Part shown: piece by piece, positions 12,764 to 25,480 of the stretch
How positions within the stretch are numbered: position 1 is the stretch's first letter
Layout: each line of letters starts with the position of its first letter
Assembly: GCA_016748015.1 (NCBI GenBank)
Contig: JAAOMT010000193.1
Location: 186,001-250,000 of the forward strand
Direction: 5' to 3'
Origin: Geosiphon pyriformis uo1
Lineage: Eukaryota; Fungi; Glomeromycota
Length of the DNA stretch: 64,000 bases
Notes under the pieces: generated by a model
Database searches by the model: none
What the model saw: the letters and a program-made list of their open reading frames with translations, nothing else
Told to the model about the DNA's origin: nothing
Position numbers and translations under genes: made by a program

Positions 12764-14184
12764 GGTGTTTTGCGTGTTTGTTATGGTTTGGGAAGATATG
12801 GGCCTAATATATGTTTGGTTCGTGTCAATGACGTTTCAGATCTTTGATTTATCAGTATTTAGGTAACAAACCCGCTATTGTTAAATTATAACCCTGCCGT
12901 ATGCCTATATAATATAATTGTTTTTTAATAATTATTGTATTGTGCAATATTCATTAAATTATTTTTGTTTTGTTAAAATAACATTATTATTGTTTTATAT
13001 ATTTTAATATTGAATAAAATTCGTTTTATTATTTTAAAATAAAAATAATTGTGAGTTTTAAAATTGGAAAAAATTAGACCAGTATTAAATATATTTAATT
13101 TATTATTTTGTATATATTAAACTTATTAAATAAAAGTTTATATATTTTAATTTGTAAATAAAACAAATTTAATAATGTTATTTTTTATGTATTAATTAAA
13201 TTAAAACTTAAAATATGTAACAAAAATATTAATTATACATTTTTTATATGTAATCAGTAATTTAAACTTATACTAAGATATATATAAATTAAAAAAAATA
13301 TATTTGTTTTTATTTTAATTATGTATTTAATTTTTTATTTTAAACAGATCTATATATATTAAAGTTTTAATAACTTTATTATTACTTTTATATTAATGAT
13401 TTATATTTTTACAAAATTATTAATTAATAATTTTTATTTTAATTAATAAATTTATTATTTTTATTATTTAAAAAATATATACTATAATTTTTTATTAATT
13501 TTTAAATAATATCAATAATATATTTAATTTAAAAAAACTTAGGTATTTAATATTAAATAAAACTATTTTTGATAATTAATAAAAAAGTAAATAAAACTAT
13601 TTTTAATAATTAATACAAAAGTAATTTAAATTATTAACACATTAATATATTTAACTATAAATTTATTAAATAATTCAATTTTTTAGTGAAATTCCAAAAA
13701 CTTTATTTTAAATTAAGCAAAAAAAAAGTTTTTATGTTTTTGGTTATATTTTTATAACTATTTTACAAAACAATAATTTTTTTGTCTTAAAATTAACAAT
13801 TATTATTAATATTAATATAATTAAAAAAAAATCAGCAAAAAAAACTATTTATAATTTTACAAATAGTATCTTTATATAAAAACCTAAAGTTTTGGTTAAA
13901 AATATTAAGATTTTAAATAATAAAATAAATTTAACTTTAAAAATACTTTTAAATAATACTAATATTAAATAGTTTGAAAATATAAAAGCTAATTTTGTAA
14001 AAAAAATCAAAATTTTTTCAAAAATTAATATTAATTATAAAACAAAAATAAAATTTTTTTAAATTTTTAATTAAATATTTCTAAAACTAAAAAGATAAAT
14101 ACAAACAAAATAATAACTTTTTTATTTAATATTATTGTTTTTAACATAAATAAAAATAAAAATTATTTTTATTTTTATATTCTA

Positions 14185-15645
14185 TTTTTTTTTTTTTATA
14201 ATATTTAATGAGTGAAGCCTAAATGCTATTTAGCACAATATATCAAACTAAGTAATCTAAACTAGATACAAATCATGCACTTTTTACATATGACCAGTCA
14301 TTCAGGCTAATCAAAACAACATTATAAATCTAACAGAACAGATACTACACTATCAATGCCAGCAAAAAAGCAGCAATGTTTGTAAAAACCAAAACAGACA
14401 CTAAGAGTTTTAGCAATCCCAAGTAACTTTACAACTTCAGCTGAGAGCAAACACAACAAATTATAGACTACAGGAAAAGTAGAAATATCATGTAAAATCA
14501 AACCACTTTTTTTTATAAAAGCCTTATATTTAGTCTTAACCAATCAAATTTCAATATAGTAAATAGCATTCAAACTTTAAACAAAATTAACAATAAAATT
14601 TTCCACAGACTTAACATCATCAAAAATGAACATAGCCTTTAGAAACCACTTTTTGAACAAGAAGCTTTTGCTTACAATAGTATCAATCTAATAGCGATAA
14701 CCGCTACAAAAGCCATACAACACATCATTAGAAACACACAAAAAAAGCACCTGTAAGACCCAAAACAAAGAGAAACCCAAACCAAACACAATATGCCAAT
14801 TAGCCAGATAGAACACAAGCAAGTCTCTATGAACACCAGAGTTAAATAAACACACAAATAAATGATTAGAACTTTCCACCTTTTTACAGTGAAAACACAA
14901 AGCACTTAGATAGACCCTATTATACAAATGCTTTCACACAGCAACTGGCAGGTGGCAGTAGAGCATCTTTAAAAAATATAAATGCAAATTAGCCATAGAT
15001 TTACAAATAAATCCAGTCGCCATATGTGAGTTGGGGTGCCAAACTAAAGTAGTGTGAATTCACATCACTAACCAAGTTTTTGTTAATAACATCAAGAACC
15101 AGATCCAACTTCCCAATGAGCACGATTTACAGATCTGAAAACCTCACAAGCAATATATTGAATGTTACCAAATACTGCTATCCTACCAGCCTTAATAAAC
15201 TTTTTTTCTATTAAAACAGAAAGCATCAAATCAAAACCAGCAGCCAAACCAGCTAACACATCAGCATGCTCATTATCTAAAACACCTAAATGTTTTTTAA
15301 TTTTGCACCAGAAAACATCAAGCCTTTTTTTCTTAATAAAATTAACAATACTACACCACTTCATCCAGCAATAGTTGCAGAAGTCTGGAGAAGTCAAAGT
15401 CAATTCAGCAACACAAACATCCAAGGCAGCTTGACTGTCCAAATAAACCACAACAGAACTGTTAAGAGAAACACATTCCAAAGCCAGAACAATTGCCTAC
15501 AATTCTGCCATGGTGGAAGATACTAACTCACTAATTCCAATGCCAATGCTCAGATCCAAAACAAAAAAATATGCAGCCACCTTACACTTCATCTTACAGA
15601 AACCCAAATTTTTCAAAGATCTATCCATGTAAACACTAATGATGT
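14185..15645 (-). mobile_element. LINE-a 3' part: RNase H, Cys-rich C-terminus, 3'UTR, poly(A)
   Basis: ISVYMDRS / STMAEL / YLDSQAAL / KIKKH..DNEHAD RNase H motifs, CFHCKKVESSNHLFVC, and a T-run at 14185-14197. Interrupted by A2 at 15645/15646. Confidence 0.88.
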
Positions 15646-16426
15646 TGTTACTCATAAAATCTAGGAAGTATATTATTATATAAATTAACCAATCAGAAGT
15701 AAGTATAGTAAAATGTGGAATTTTAGGATTCTCATACAAGGAATTGCAGGATTCCAAAAATTCTAGAATTTCTGGTAAGAAGAATTAAGGAATTGAGAAA
15801 TCTCAATTATGTATATATAGTGATAGTATTAGAAATAGAAAAGACAGACCTCTCAATTTAGATTTGATATAAGTGGTCTTTCAATTCACAAATATTAATA
15901 AATAATTATTTAATATCTCAATTTACTCTCCATTGTCAACACTTCATGTTAATAGTCTCAAATACTTAATCACGCTGGAACAATAGCTCTTGATCATGGC
16001 TATTAACAGGATATTAAAAATTATTGTCTTGGTTTATTTTTTTTATTTTATTTTTTTTATTTTGTTATTTTTTTTGTTTTATTAACTTGATTAAAAGAAT
16101 TCATGTGCAGAAATACTGATGTCAGGATATAGCACTGGTAAAAGACCCAGGAATAAAGGTAGACATTCGAAATTGAGGATATTTTACCAAGAGAATTACC
16201 AGCCATTATGCTAAGAAAGAAATTGACAAAACTGTGGTTTCAGAAAGCTATGAATAAAACAACCAATTATATCTCTGTTTATTATACAAAGAACTCCATC
16301 AAAACCATCAAATCACAAAAACCTTCAGACCAAACAACTTACCAATATTACTAACAAAATCAACTGTTAAGCATCAAGTTACAGATTTGTTATTTGTTTT
16401 GAGATCTCAAATAATTATCTGTAACA
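15646..16426 (+). repeat. 5' LTR of A2
   Basis: TGTTACTCA...TGTAACA, followed by TTTGGTGCTCCCTGTGAG. Confidence 0.92.
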
Positions 16427-16428
16427 TT

Positions 16429-16444
16429 TGGTGCTCCCTGTGAG
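16429..16444 (+). promoter_or_regulatory. PBS of A2
   Basis: TGGTGCTCCCTGTGAG. Confidence 0.88.
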
Positions 16445-19400
16445 ATATAATTCTATAGAAAATCAGCACCAACACAACACCTATCTGAAACAGTAGCAGA
16501 ATCCAAAGAAACAGGAACAAACCATTTGGGATTTGCAAAATCTTTATTCCAAAATTATCATGCCCATCTTGGATTAACAAATAACAGTTGGCCAACAGAA
16601 TCAGCTTTTAACTACTACATTAATGAAAGAATTGTATATCATTTGGAAGGCCAAAAAGATCCAGAATCTGCCTTTAACAATTTCTTTAGTAAACTACTCC
16701 AAAGCACTACTCTTTTACAAAACTACTTATTTGCACCTTTAATCACAGAAATAAACAGAAAAATTGAAAAATACACCAAGCAGAGATTTTTTATTACTTT
16801 TGTTGACAAAGAAAAAGAAAGGTTACAAACACCAGCAAAAACACCAAAGCAAATCCAATTACCTACTTAGAAGAAACAAAGATTTGATTCACTTGCTAAT
16901 CCATCATATCACCATACACTTGGAAGTACTATCAATATAATAAGTGTGACTACAGCAAGTGGAATAGCACCATTAAACAGAATTCTATTTCAAAGTAAAC
17001 AAAAAAAAGCAGAGTTATTAGAAACATACAGCAATTATTTTAAGAGATTTAAATCACAATCTCCAACACTATTAAGAATTCAATTACTCCTATTACAACC
17101 AGATTTCGGAGCTGTTAGTCCTTGAAAAATAACTGACTTAGAGAAAGAGGAAGGTAGTGATCAGAAAATTAGCAAACAAAACCCAATCTTAGAAAATTCA
17201 GAAATTGAAATTCTGGTTAATCAAACTTCAAAAAATCAGAATAATCAAAACCCCAATATTATCATTCAAGAAAACTTATCTCTGGTAATTGTAATTAATC
17301 CATCACTAGCTCCACCAATTGATGAACAGCAACAGCCACAATTAGCATCTTAACAACAATTGTAGCAACCACTTCAACAACAATCACAACTGCAACAACA
17401 ACTACTATTAGTACCAATGGCATATGCACCTATCACCAAAATTGAGAAATTTACCAACAAGAAAGATAATGCTTAAGTATAGCTCAATAATATGGAAAAA
17501 GCCATTGCAACTAATAGATAGAATAATGACAGAGCTTTTCAAGTGATTTCTTATTTTCTCCAAGATACTGCTAACTTGTAGTATTAAAGTTTAGCCACCA
17601 AACTTTAAACATTCTAAGAATTTAAAACTGCATTTTTGAGATATTTTAGTAATAATAGCAGTATTAATTGTCTAGCCAATGCCTTTAACACAATTAAATA
17701 AGGAGAAACTGAAACAGTTATTACTTACTTGGAACACTTCCACAGAAACTTGTGCCAAATTCAAGCAATTCAAGCTGACTATTTTACAGTATCACAGATC
17801 TTGAACCAGTTTATCCATGGCCTGTGCAGTAATCTTTTACAATGTATATGACTATTACATCTAGCAACACTCCAAGACACAGTCACATAAGCCAGAGACT
17901 TTGAGTCAGCTGAATTAGAGACTAATCATGCCCAAGCCATAAATCTAGTCATGAACAAATCATCTAACTTGGATTTTAAATTGAAACAACTAAGTGATTT
18001 AATTAATCAGAAATTAAAAAGATACTTAACTGACAATTATGCAATTTATCAGCCATCCCAATGATACAATAATTCCAAAAATGTGAATTGCTACCAAAAT
18101 CAGTCATGTCCTTCATTATCATTCAATCAGCTATGGCAACAAGAAATGTGTATTTGTCACAACTGTAGTAAACAAAGCCATTTGAGAATTGACTGTTGTG
18201 CTTATAATAATAACTCATAATCAAGAAATCAATATTAAAACTCCAATTGCAGGTTTCAAACTCCAAATCAATACCCAAATCAGAATCAATACTCACCTCA
18301 TTACATCCAAATAACACAACAGCCAATTTATTAATCATTTGTATATTAAGCTTCAATTTATTAGCTGACAACATCTGTCATTTATCAACTACAGTTCCAA
18401 CCTATCTATTAGCCACAGCCTCAAGTAATCTATCAACTCCAACAAATTCAAACACCATCACAAAACTTACCTCAAAATGGAACCCAAAGGCCAAAACTGA
18501 CACAACAAAGCTGGAGATCATCAATGGTAGTCTATCAACCAATTTCCAGTTCCTCAAACCAGCCATTAGAATCTCAACAATGGAATTCAAGCACTGGATA
18601 CACCCAAAACTCGAATGCCCAACACTATTTAAGTCTTCTGATTACTCCAAAAAACACCTCATCCAACAACCGGAAATTCAACCAAAACAAATCACCTCTA
18701 GCAATATACCTCCAGCCACCATAACTAATGATGAATTGCTAACAACAATTTTTCTATTTGAATTCAAGGAACTGTCACAAACACCATTATTTAGTGAAGC
18801 CATGCTCAAGAAAAAACCCATTACTGCCATATATACCAATGCTAAAGTTGATGGTCAGACCATAAAACTGATCTTAGATAGTGGTTTAGCAGGCAGTATC
18901 ATCACCAGACAACTCATGAATTAATTAGGTCACCAAGTTGACTGTGTTGTCAGTGCAAAAATCATCACCACTGATGGAGCCACAAAAATGCCTATTGGTG
19001 AGATTAATAAGTTTCCATTCAAAATCAACAGTCTTATTACATCCATTAAAGTTTTGGTAATAGAAGCCACTCAATACCAAGCCCTAGTGAATAATGACTG
19101 GCTGTCCAAGACAAATGCCATACTTGACTGGACCACACAAGAATTACAACTCAGCCAAAATGGTCAACACATGTATGTTCCAGCCATGTGTAGACACTTT
19201 AAAGCTTTCTCAACCAAACAACCATTGATTGAGCTAGAGAAAGAAAAAAAAAACCTACCTGGGAAGCATATTAAATCTCTTGGGCCAATAAAAACCACAA
19301 TGAATTACCACTAATACTCTTTTGGGACAACCATGGGAAAGAAAAGCAAAAAAAAAACTTACCTGGAATTCTAACCAAGTCTGGGGAACTAACAACGACC

Positions 19401-21160
19401 AGAAAAAGCTAATAACTTGGGAGGAAAGCAATAAAGAAAAAGGAAAAGAGAAGAAAGAAGAAACAACACCTATCAATATCATCACTTATAACTCTTACAC
19501 CTATACTATACCACAACAATTCATCTATCACTGACCAAAGCTTATATGCATTAATTGCAGTAAAAAATTGTTGTCAATAGGCACATGCTGTAATGATAAT
19601 GAGAAACACCAAATGACAACTAAGTTTTATTGCTGCCCATACATCTTTGAATGCTTTGGAAAACCAAAATAAGTTGGAAAATAGGATAATAAACCATGCT
19701 TGGCTTGTAGAAAAACTTTTCTAGACAAAAAAATGTAAAATAACATTCCTGGGTGAGAAGGGATATGCAATAAATTGTGTTAATACATGATTCTAATAAG
19801 TGACTGAATTAGAAAAGAAACATCAATAGAAGCCATCTGGAGAAAAGCTGTAAAACATTTGAATAGATGTCCATATAACAACAACAAAATCTGGTGAATG
19901 ATACTTGCCAAAATCAAAGGAGCATTATCAGAAGAAATAAGAACAATTAAAAACAACTTACCAGAATTCATAGAACTTGACTGGGGCCCAAACCCAGATA
20001 TTATTTTAGAGCTTATGAACCCAGAACAATTTCACAATCACTACCAAAAATTAGCACTCACTAGAAAAAAACAAGAACAATGCTTGGAGGAAATCAATAC
20101 TCGATTATGTAACCACTGTTTGATTCCCTGTGACTTTCAATATTGTAATGAGTGTGACCTTATTTACAATCCACTATCATGCATGATCTACATGATCCCA
20201 AAGAAAGAAGAACCAATCAGCAGCTGCAGATCAGAATTGGAATTACTGTTCAACCTTGATTCAAACTTTGACAATGATAATGACAAAAACAATAATTCCA
20301 GCTCTGCTCAACATGGCAACAAAAATAACAATAATTTAGACTTTGATTTAAACTCTGAAACATACATTGCACTCCCTGATCTTACCAAAGAACAAGAACT
20401 AAAATGATTCAGTAATAATAATAAAAGTATTATGCCCAAATACACACATAATACTGATGCAGAATTTGATCTGAAATATCCAGGAAAGAATGCCATCAAA
20501 TTGAAACCACACTCACACATCTGCATTAATTCTAAAATAGCACTAAAAATTTAAACAACAATAATAATTCAATTAGCATTTAGAAGTAGCTTAGTGAAAA
20601 AAAAAATTAACATCAGAGGAAAAATAATTGACACAAGATACATAAGAAATATTATTGCTATGTTACAAAATAACTCAAAAAAGACTTATATAATAGAGCC
20701 AAATAAAAAGATAGCACAAGCAATATTCCTGCCTCTGGTTAAAGTAGCTCAATTAGTATTAGTGAAAAACAGAGAAAAATTAGGGATTATAGCTAGAAGA
20801 ATACAGGAATTTGGATCCACAAATAGAATAGATATATTAGTCAATATGGCAGAAGAAAAGGTTATTGACAAGAGAGAAATTATCTCCATCTGTCAATCAA
20901 TTTCTATTCCACTATATAATTAGTATATGGTAATTATAGAAAGAAAAGTGAAGAATCAGGTTCAGATTTTTGAGACAGAAACAACACTTTGTGAATCAGG
21001 AAAAATTGGATTAGTTAATTTACACATACTAGCCAAGAATCACAGTTATATCAAAATTTCTATTTACAACAACATGGGAGATATTATTGAGATACCAGAA
21101 GAAACCAACATCAGATATCTAATTACTAAAATTGAAAACCAATTGCCAAACCCCATTTCA

Positions 21161-24100
21161 AAAGATGCAATGTAAGTTGCTAGATCAAATTTAGACAAAG
21201 AGTCTTGGAATGCAAGGGATTAACATAGGACATTGCTCTATATTCTGCCAATTAGAACTAATGCTCATGACTTATAAGATTATATTTCTTTTATGAATGG
21301 AAAAACTTGTATTATTAACTGTTATCTAATTAGTTATGCTTGGGTCAAGTATGCAACTATTTGTTTTGATTTTGCTGAATTATTGGATGCTGTTATAAGA
21401 ACTATACCAGTTCTAAAAAGTGTTAATTTGTGCTGATCTTGTCTGGTTTTTTCTAAGTGTGCTAAGTGTAAGTATTTAGACCATATGTTTTTAGGCTGTG
21501 CTTCTGGTAAGAAATTTTTTTTGGTGTCTTTTATCATAAGGTGCTTTCTAAAAAGGATAAAAACAGATTGGCATCTATTTATGCTAAACAGTCAGTACTT
21601 ATTGCTCATTCTATTTCTTTCAGTAGTGTTTCTTGAACAAAGATTGTTGGTGAGTCTTCTTTCTCTCCTTTTTCTGCACATTATAATTCAGCTAACTCTG
21701 GTTTTTCTTTGGAGATGAAACTTTTTCTGTCTGCTGTGAATGAATTGGAATCATATTTAATTAGCATTAAAAGCAGTTTTATCAGTTTTGCAGAACAAAT
21801 TGGTAAGTTGGCTAAGAGGCTGGAATTACTTGTGCCAACAGTTTTCCAGTCTAGCTCTAGATGTCAGCTGCCAGTGACCTTCTTATTACAGGATTAAGTG
21901 GGTAATATAGTGATGAAAAAAAGCTTAGGTAAAACCACTGGTGGTAAGACTATTACAGTTTTGGGCTTTTTTGTCTTTTCTAATATAGTATAATTGAAAA
22001 ACATGTTGGAAAAAATTGCTGTTTCAGTACCAAGTTATGTTTGCACATTTCAATGATTTGGTTTTGGCTGGTAGTGCACTTCTTAAACCTCTTTTTCAAT
22101 GAATAATTTGGTATAGAAAATTGCTACATGCAATATTAGAGGAATAAACAATCTTACCAAACAGGTAGATATTATTTTTTGGCATAAGGATATAAACAAT
22201 TTGGTTTCTGTTGTTACCAAAACTAAGTTAAAAGGGAAAATGCATCCATGGATTATGAACAAATTTGCTGGCATATAAATATTTACATCTGGTTTGGATT
22301 CTGGTTATCTGAGTTCTGGAGTTGCAATTATCATGAATAATTCTTTGGCAAAACATATGTGTAAGATAGTGGACATTCCTAACAAACTTTTTGTGTCAAT
22401 TTTGAGGCTGTATGCTGGGGCGTTTTTGGCAGTTTGTTTCTTTTAGACAAGTGATATTAACTCCATGATTGTAAAAACTGTGAATGAATCTTCTTTTGTC
22501 ATTTTGGGTGGCAATTTCAATGAAGATAGTTTTCACAAGTGTGCCAGTTTCAAAAAGTGCTTTGATTTGAGTTTAATTAATTCTTTGAATAGAAGTTTAT
22601 TAGTGAAGGTGCTAATGTAATACAATTCTCAGAGTGTTTTGAGAATGATTGATTACATGTTTGTTTCTTTAAATTTGGCCAACATGATTGTATATCATGG
22701 TGTTTTGGATATTAACAAATATTTTAACATTGAGCATTGAGCTGTTTCTGTGTCTGTGTGTTTAGGTGGATTGCTAAATATGTGGTTGAACTCTCTTTAC
22801 AAACAAACAAACAAGAATCATTGGAAATTCAACTTTAAAAATGTGAGTGATGCTGAATAGACTAAGTTCAAGGAAGTTTTGGCAGCTAATACTGTTATGT
22901 TTTCTGATGATTTCATGGTGTCTAAGAGTTTACAGACTTGGATGTAATGTGGAATACTATTCATAAAGTGATGTGTTTATCAGCTGGAGAGGTCTTTAAA
23001 AAAAAGTGGTTCAAAGGCTATGATAGTGTTTTTACTAAGGAATTGTTCAAGTTTTACAAGCTCAAACTTTTGGTTTCTAAAATTGTTAAAGTTTTTTAAC
23101 TGGTTTTTTGTGATGAGTTTGATTTTTTGCTGGTTAAGTAGAAGAGTTTTGATGCTGTTAATGTGGCTGCAGTAAAATTGCTTGTCAGTTCTGAGTTTTG
23201 TTTTGATGATATTAAATTAGCTTTAGCTAAAATCAGAAAATTTTATTGTTTTTCTAAACTGTTGAAATCCAAGTGCACCAAAAAATTTTGGATCAAATTG
23301 GCTATTGATAAAAAAATAGAAAGTTTTGAATCTAATAAGAGTCATATCATCAGAAGTATATTGGAGTGACTTTTTTGAAAAGTCATGTTAGATCATCTTG
23401 TGGTGAACAAGGAGCTGGTTTTAGAGCCCAATCTGGTTAAATTCAAAATTGATAAGATTATGAAATACTGGACTCAAAAGTGTGAGATAGTTTTTGTTAT
23501 TTTTGATGATTGATTTCATCAATACCAATCACTAGATTACATCTTTAATAATGCTTTTTTAAATGTGATAAGTCTAATTGGTTTTAACAAAATATTTGGT
23601 GTTATCTCGGATCTGCCTGATAGAAAAGCTGCCGGCCTTTCTGGCATTTCCAATAAGTTGTAAAAACATTACAATGAGTTAGTTCTGGACATGCTGCTAG
23701 TGCTTTTAAACTTTTGTTTAATGTGTGAATTGGTTCTCACCCCTTGGAAAGAGGCTTGGATTTCAATGATTCCAAACCATATAAGTTAGAGGGTGTTTTT
23801 ATGAATACCCATCCTATTGTTTTAATTGAGACAGCTTACAAGATTCTTTTTAAAACTCTTTCAAACAGGATTTCTTTAGCTTGCAATGAGTTTGATGTTC
23901 TTAGAAAAGACAATTTTTCTGTTTTGAAAGATATGACAATACAATCTCCTATTTTTGTCATTGGTTCAATAATTAAAGATGCCTTAGAAAAAATTAGAAA
24001 TTGTGGCTTGTTTTGTAGAATATGTGTAAAGCTTATAATTCTGTTGGGTGAGAGCATCTCAAAAGGAGTTTGGTTTAGATTAAGATATATAACAAGTTTA

Positions 24101-24629
24101 TTAGGTTTTTTTGTGACATTCACAATAGTCATGTTAACTGAGTAATAACGGTTTTTGGTTTGATTAATGAGTATCAAGTTCATAATAAGTTGGATTAAGG
24201 AGAAGTTTTTTGACCTCTTTTCTGGTGCATATTTTATGATTCACTTTTGTGTGAAGTCAAAAAACAAAAAAGTTTGTGTGGTTACAGGTTGAATTCTTAT
24301 TTTGTTTTAAAGACTAGATCCATAGAATCCCAGAATGGGCTAACTTTATTTTTAGCTGCTAGTGCTTTTGTTGATAACACAATTTGGGTGGATAGTAGTC
24401 AGACTGCTATGTAACATATTTTCAATATTGTCTGTAAATTTTTCAAAATCAATAATATTTTTATAAATAATGATAAGACTGTGGTGATCCTATTAATTAC
24501 AGAGTTGTGAATCCTTCTTTATTGGTCAGTAGTATACCTATTTTGATTGTTAAGCAGGGGGAATCTCATTACTATCTGGGTATCTTTTGTTTTCTGAGAA
24601 CTTGTTAAAGCTTAGCTTGACTAAGGCAC
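21161..24629 (+). mobile_element. LINE-b, 5'-truncated, part 1: ORF1 C-terminal half, ORF2 AP-endonuclease and RT (decayed)
   Basis: ORF1 knuckle CAKCKYLDHMFLGC ~21458-21500. ORF2 starts MNNLV.KIATCNIRGIN at 22099, with ILGGNFNE, IDYMF, PIVLIETAYK, KAY(N)SV, QGEVF and FVDN (YADD-equivalent) motifs. Confidence 0.9.
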
Positions 24630-25462
24630 TGTTACTTATAAAAGATAGAAATTATTGTAGTATATATTAGTCAATCAGAAGTAAACATAGTAAAAGAAGG
24701 AATTCCAGAATTTCTCTCAGAAAAATTATAGGATTCCAGAAATTACAGAATTTTCATATAAGAAATTGCAGAGTTCCAGAATTTCAGGATTCCTCTTGAG
24801 AAATTACAAAATTCTAGGAATTTCAGGATTCCTAACAGAAAAAATAGAAAAATTGAAGAATCTCAAATATGTATATATAGCAGTAGTATTAAAAGCAAAA
24901 AAGTTAGACTTTTTAGTTTAGATTTCATCTAAGCAATCTTCTAATTCACAAATATCAATAAATAATTATTTACTATTTTAATCCACTCTTCACTATTAAC
25001 ACTTCATGTTGATAGTGGCCAATACTTAATCACACTGAAACAATAGCTCTTGGTCATAACTATTGACAGAATATTAACATTTATTGTCTTGGCTTATTTT
25101 TTTTTTATTTTTTTTTGTTATTTCTTGTTGTTGACTAATTGATTAAAAATTAAGTACTGAGTTATTGACATTACAGATAGCCTGGTAAAAGACCCAAATA
25201 GAAGGGTACAGAATAAAAATTGAATAGCTTACTAAAAAGACATGACTGCCAAAATAAACTGGTTACCAAGCTGAAGAAAAAAATTGGGAGACTTACCACA
25301 AAAGAATTGTACACTATTTAATCTCTGTCTATTATACAAAAAACTCCAACTTAAAATCTTCAGATTACCAAAATTTTCAGATATTACCAATGTTATTAAG
25401 CAAATTAGCACCAAGTTATGGATTGTTATTTAATTTGAGACTTCAAATAATCATCTGTAACA
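24630..25462 (+). repeat. 5' LTR of A3
   Basis: TGTTACTTA...TGTAACA; direct repeat of 34570-35364 with extra U3 repeat units. Confidence 0.93.
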
Positions 25463-25464
25463 TT

Positions 25465-25480
25465 TGGTGCTCCCTGTGAG
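25465..25480 (+). promoter_or_regulatory. PBS of A3
   Basis: TGGTGCTCCCTGTGAG. Confidence 0.88.

Larger units (their letters stand above)
15646..21160 (+). mobile_element. Gypsy family A copy A2 (5' LTR, gag, PR, Cys-rich region, dUTPase); 3' half absent
   Basis: LTR 15646-16426, PBS 16429-16444, MAYAPI at 17417, protease LILDSGLAG ~18868, dUTPase ~20430-20825. Homology stops at ~21160 where LINE-b begins. Confidence 0.92.

Noticed and set aside
14185-24629. LINE-a and LINE-b as two halves of one inverted element
   Set aside because: Both contain the RNase H region, so they are separate copies.
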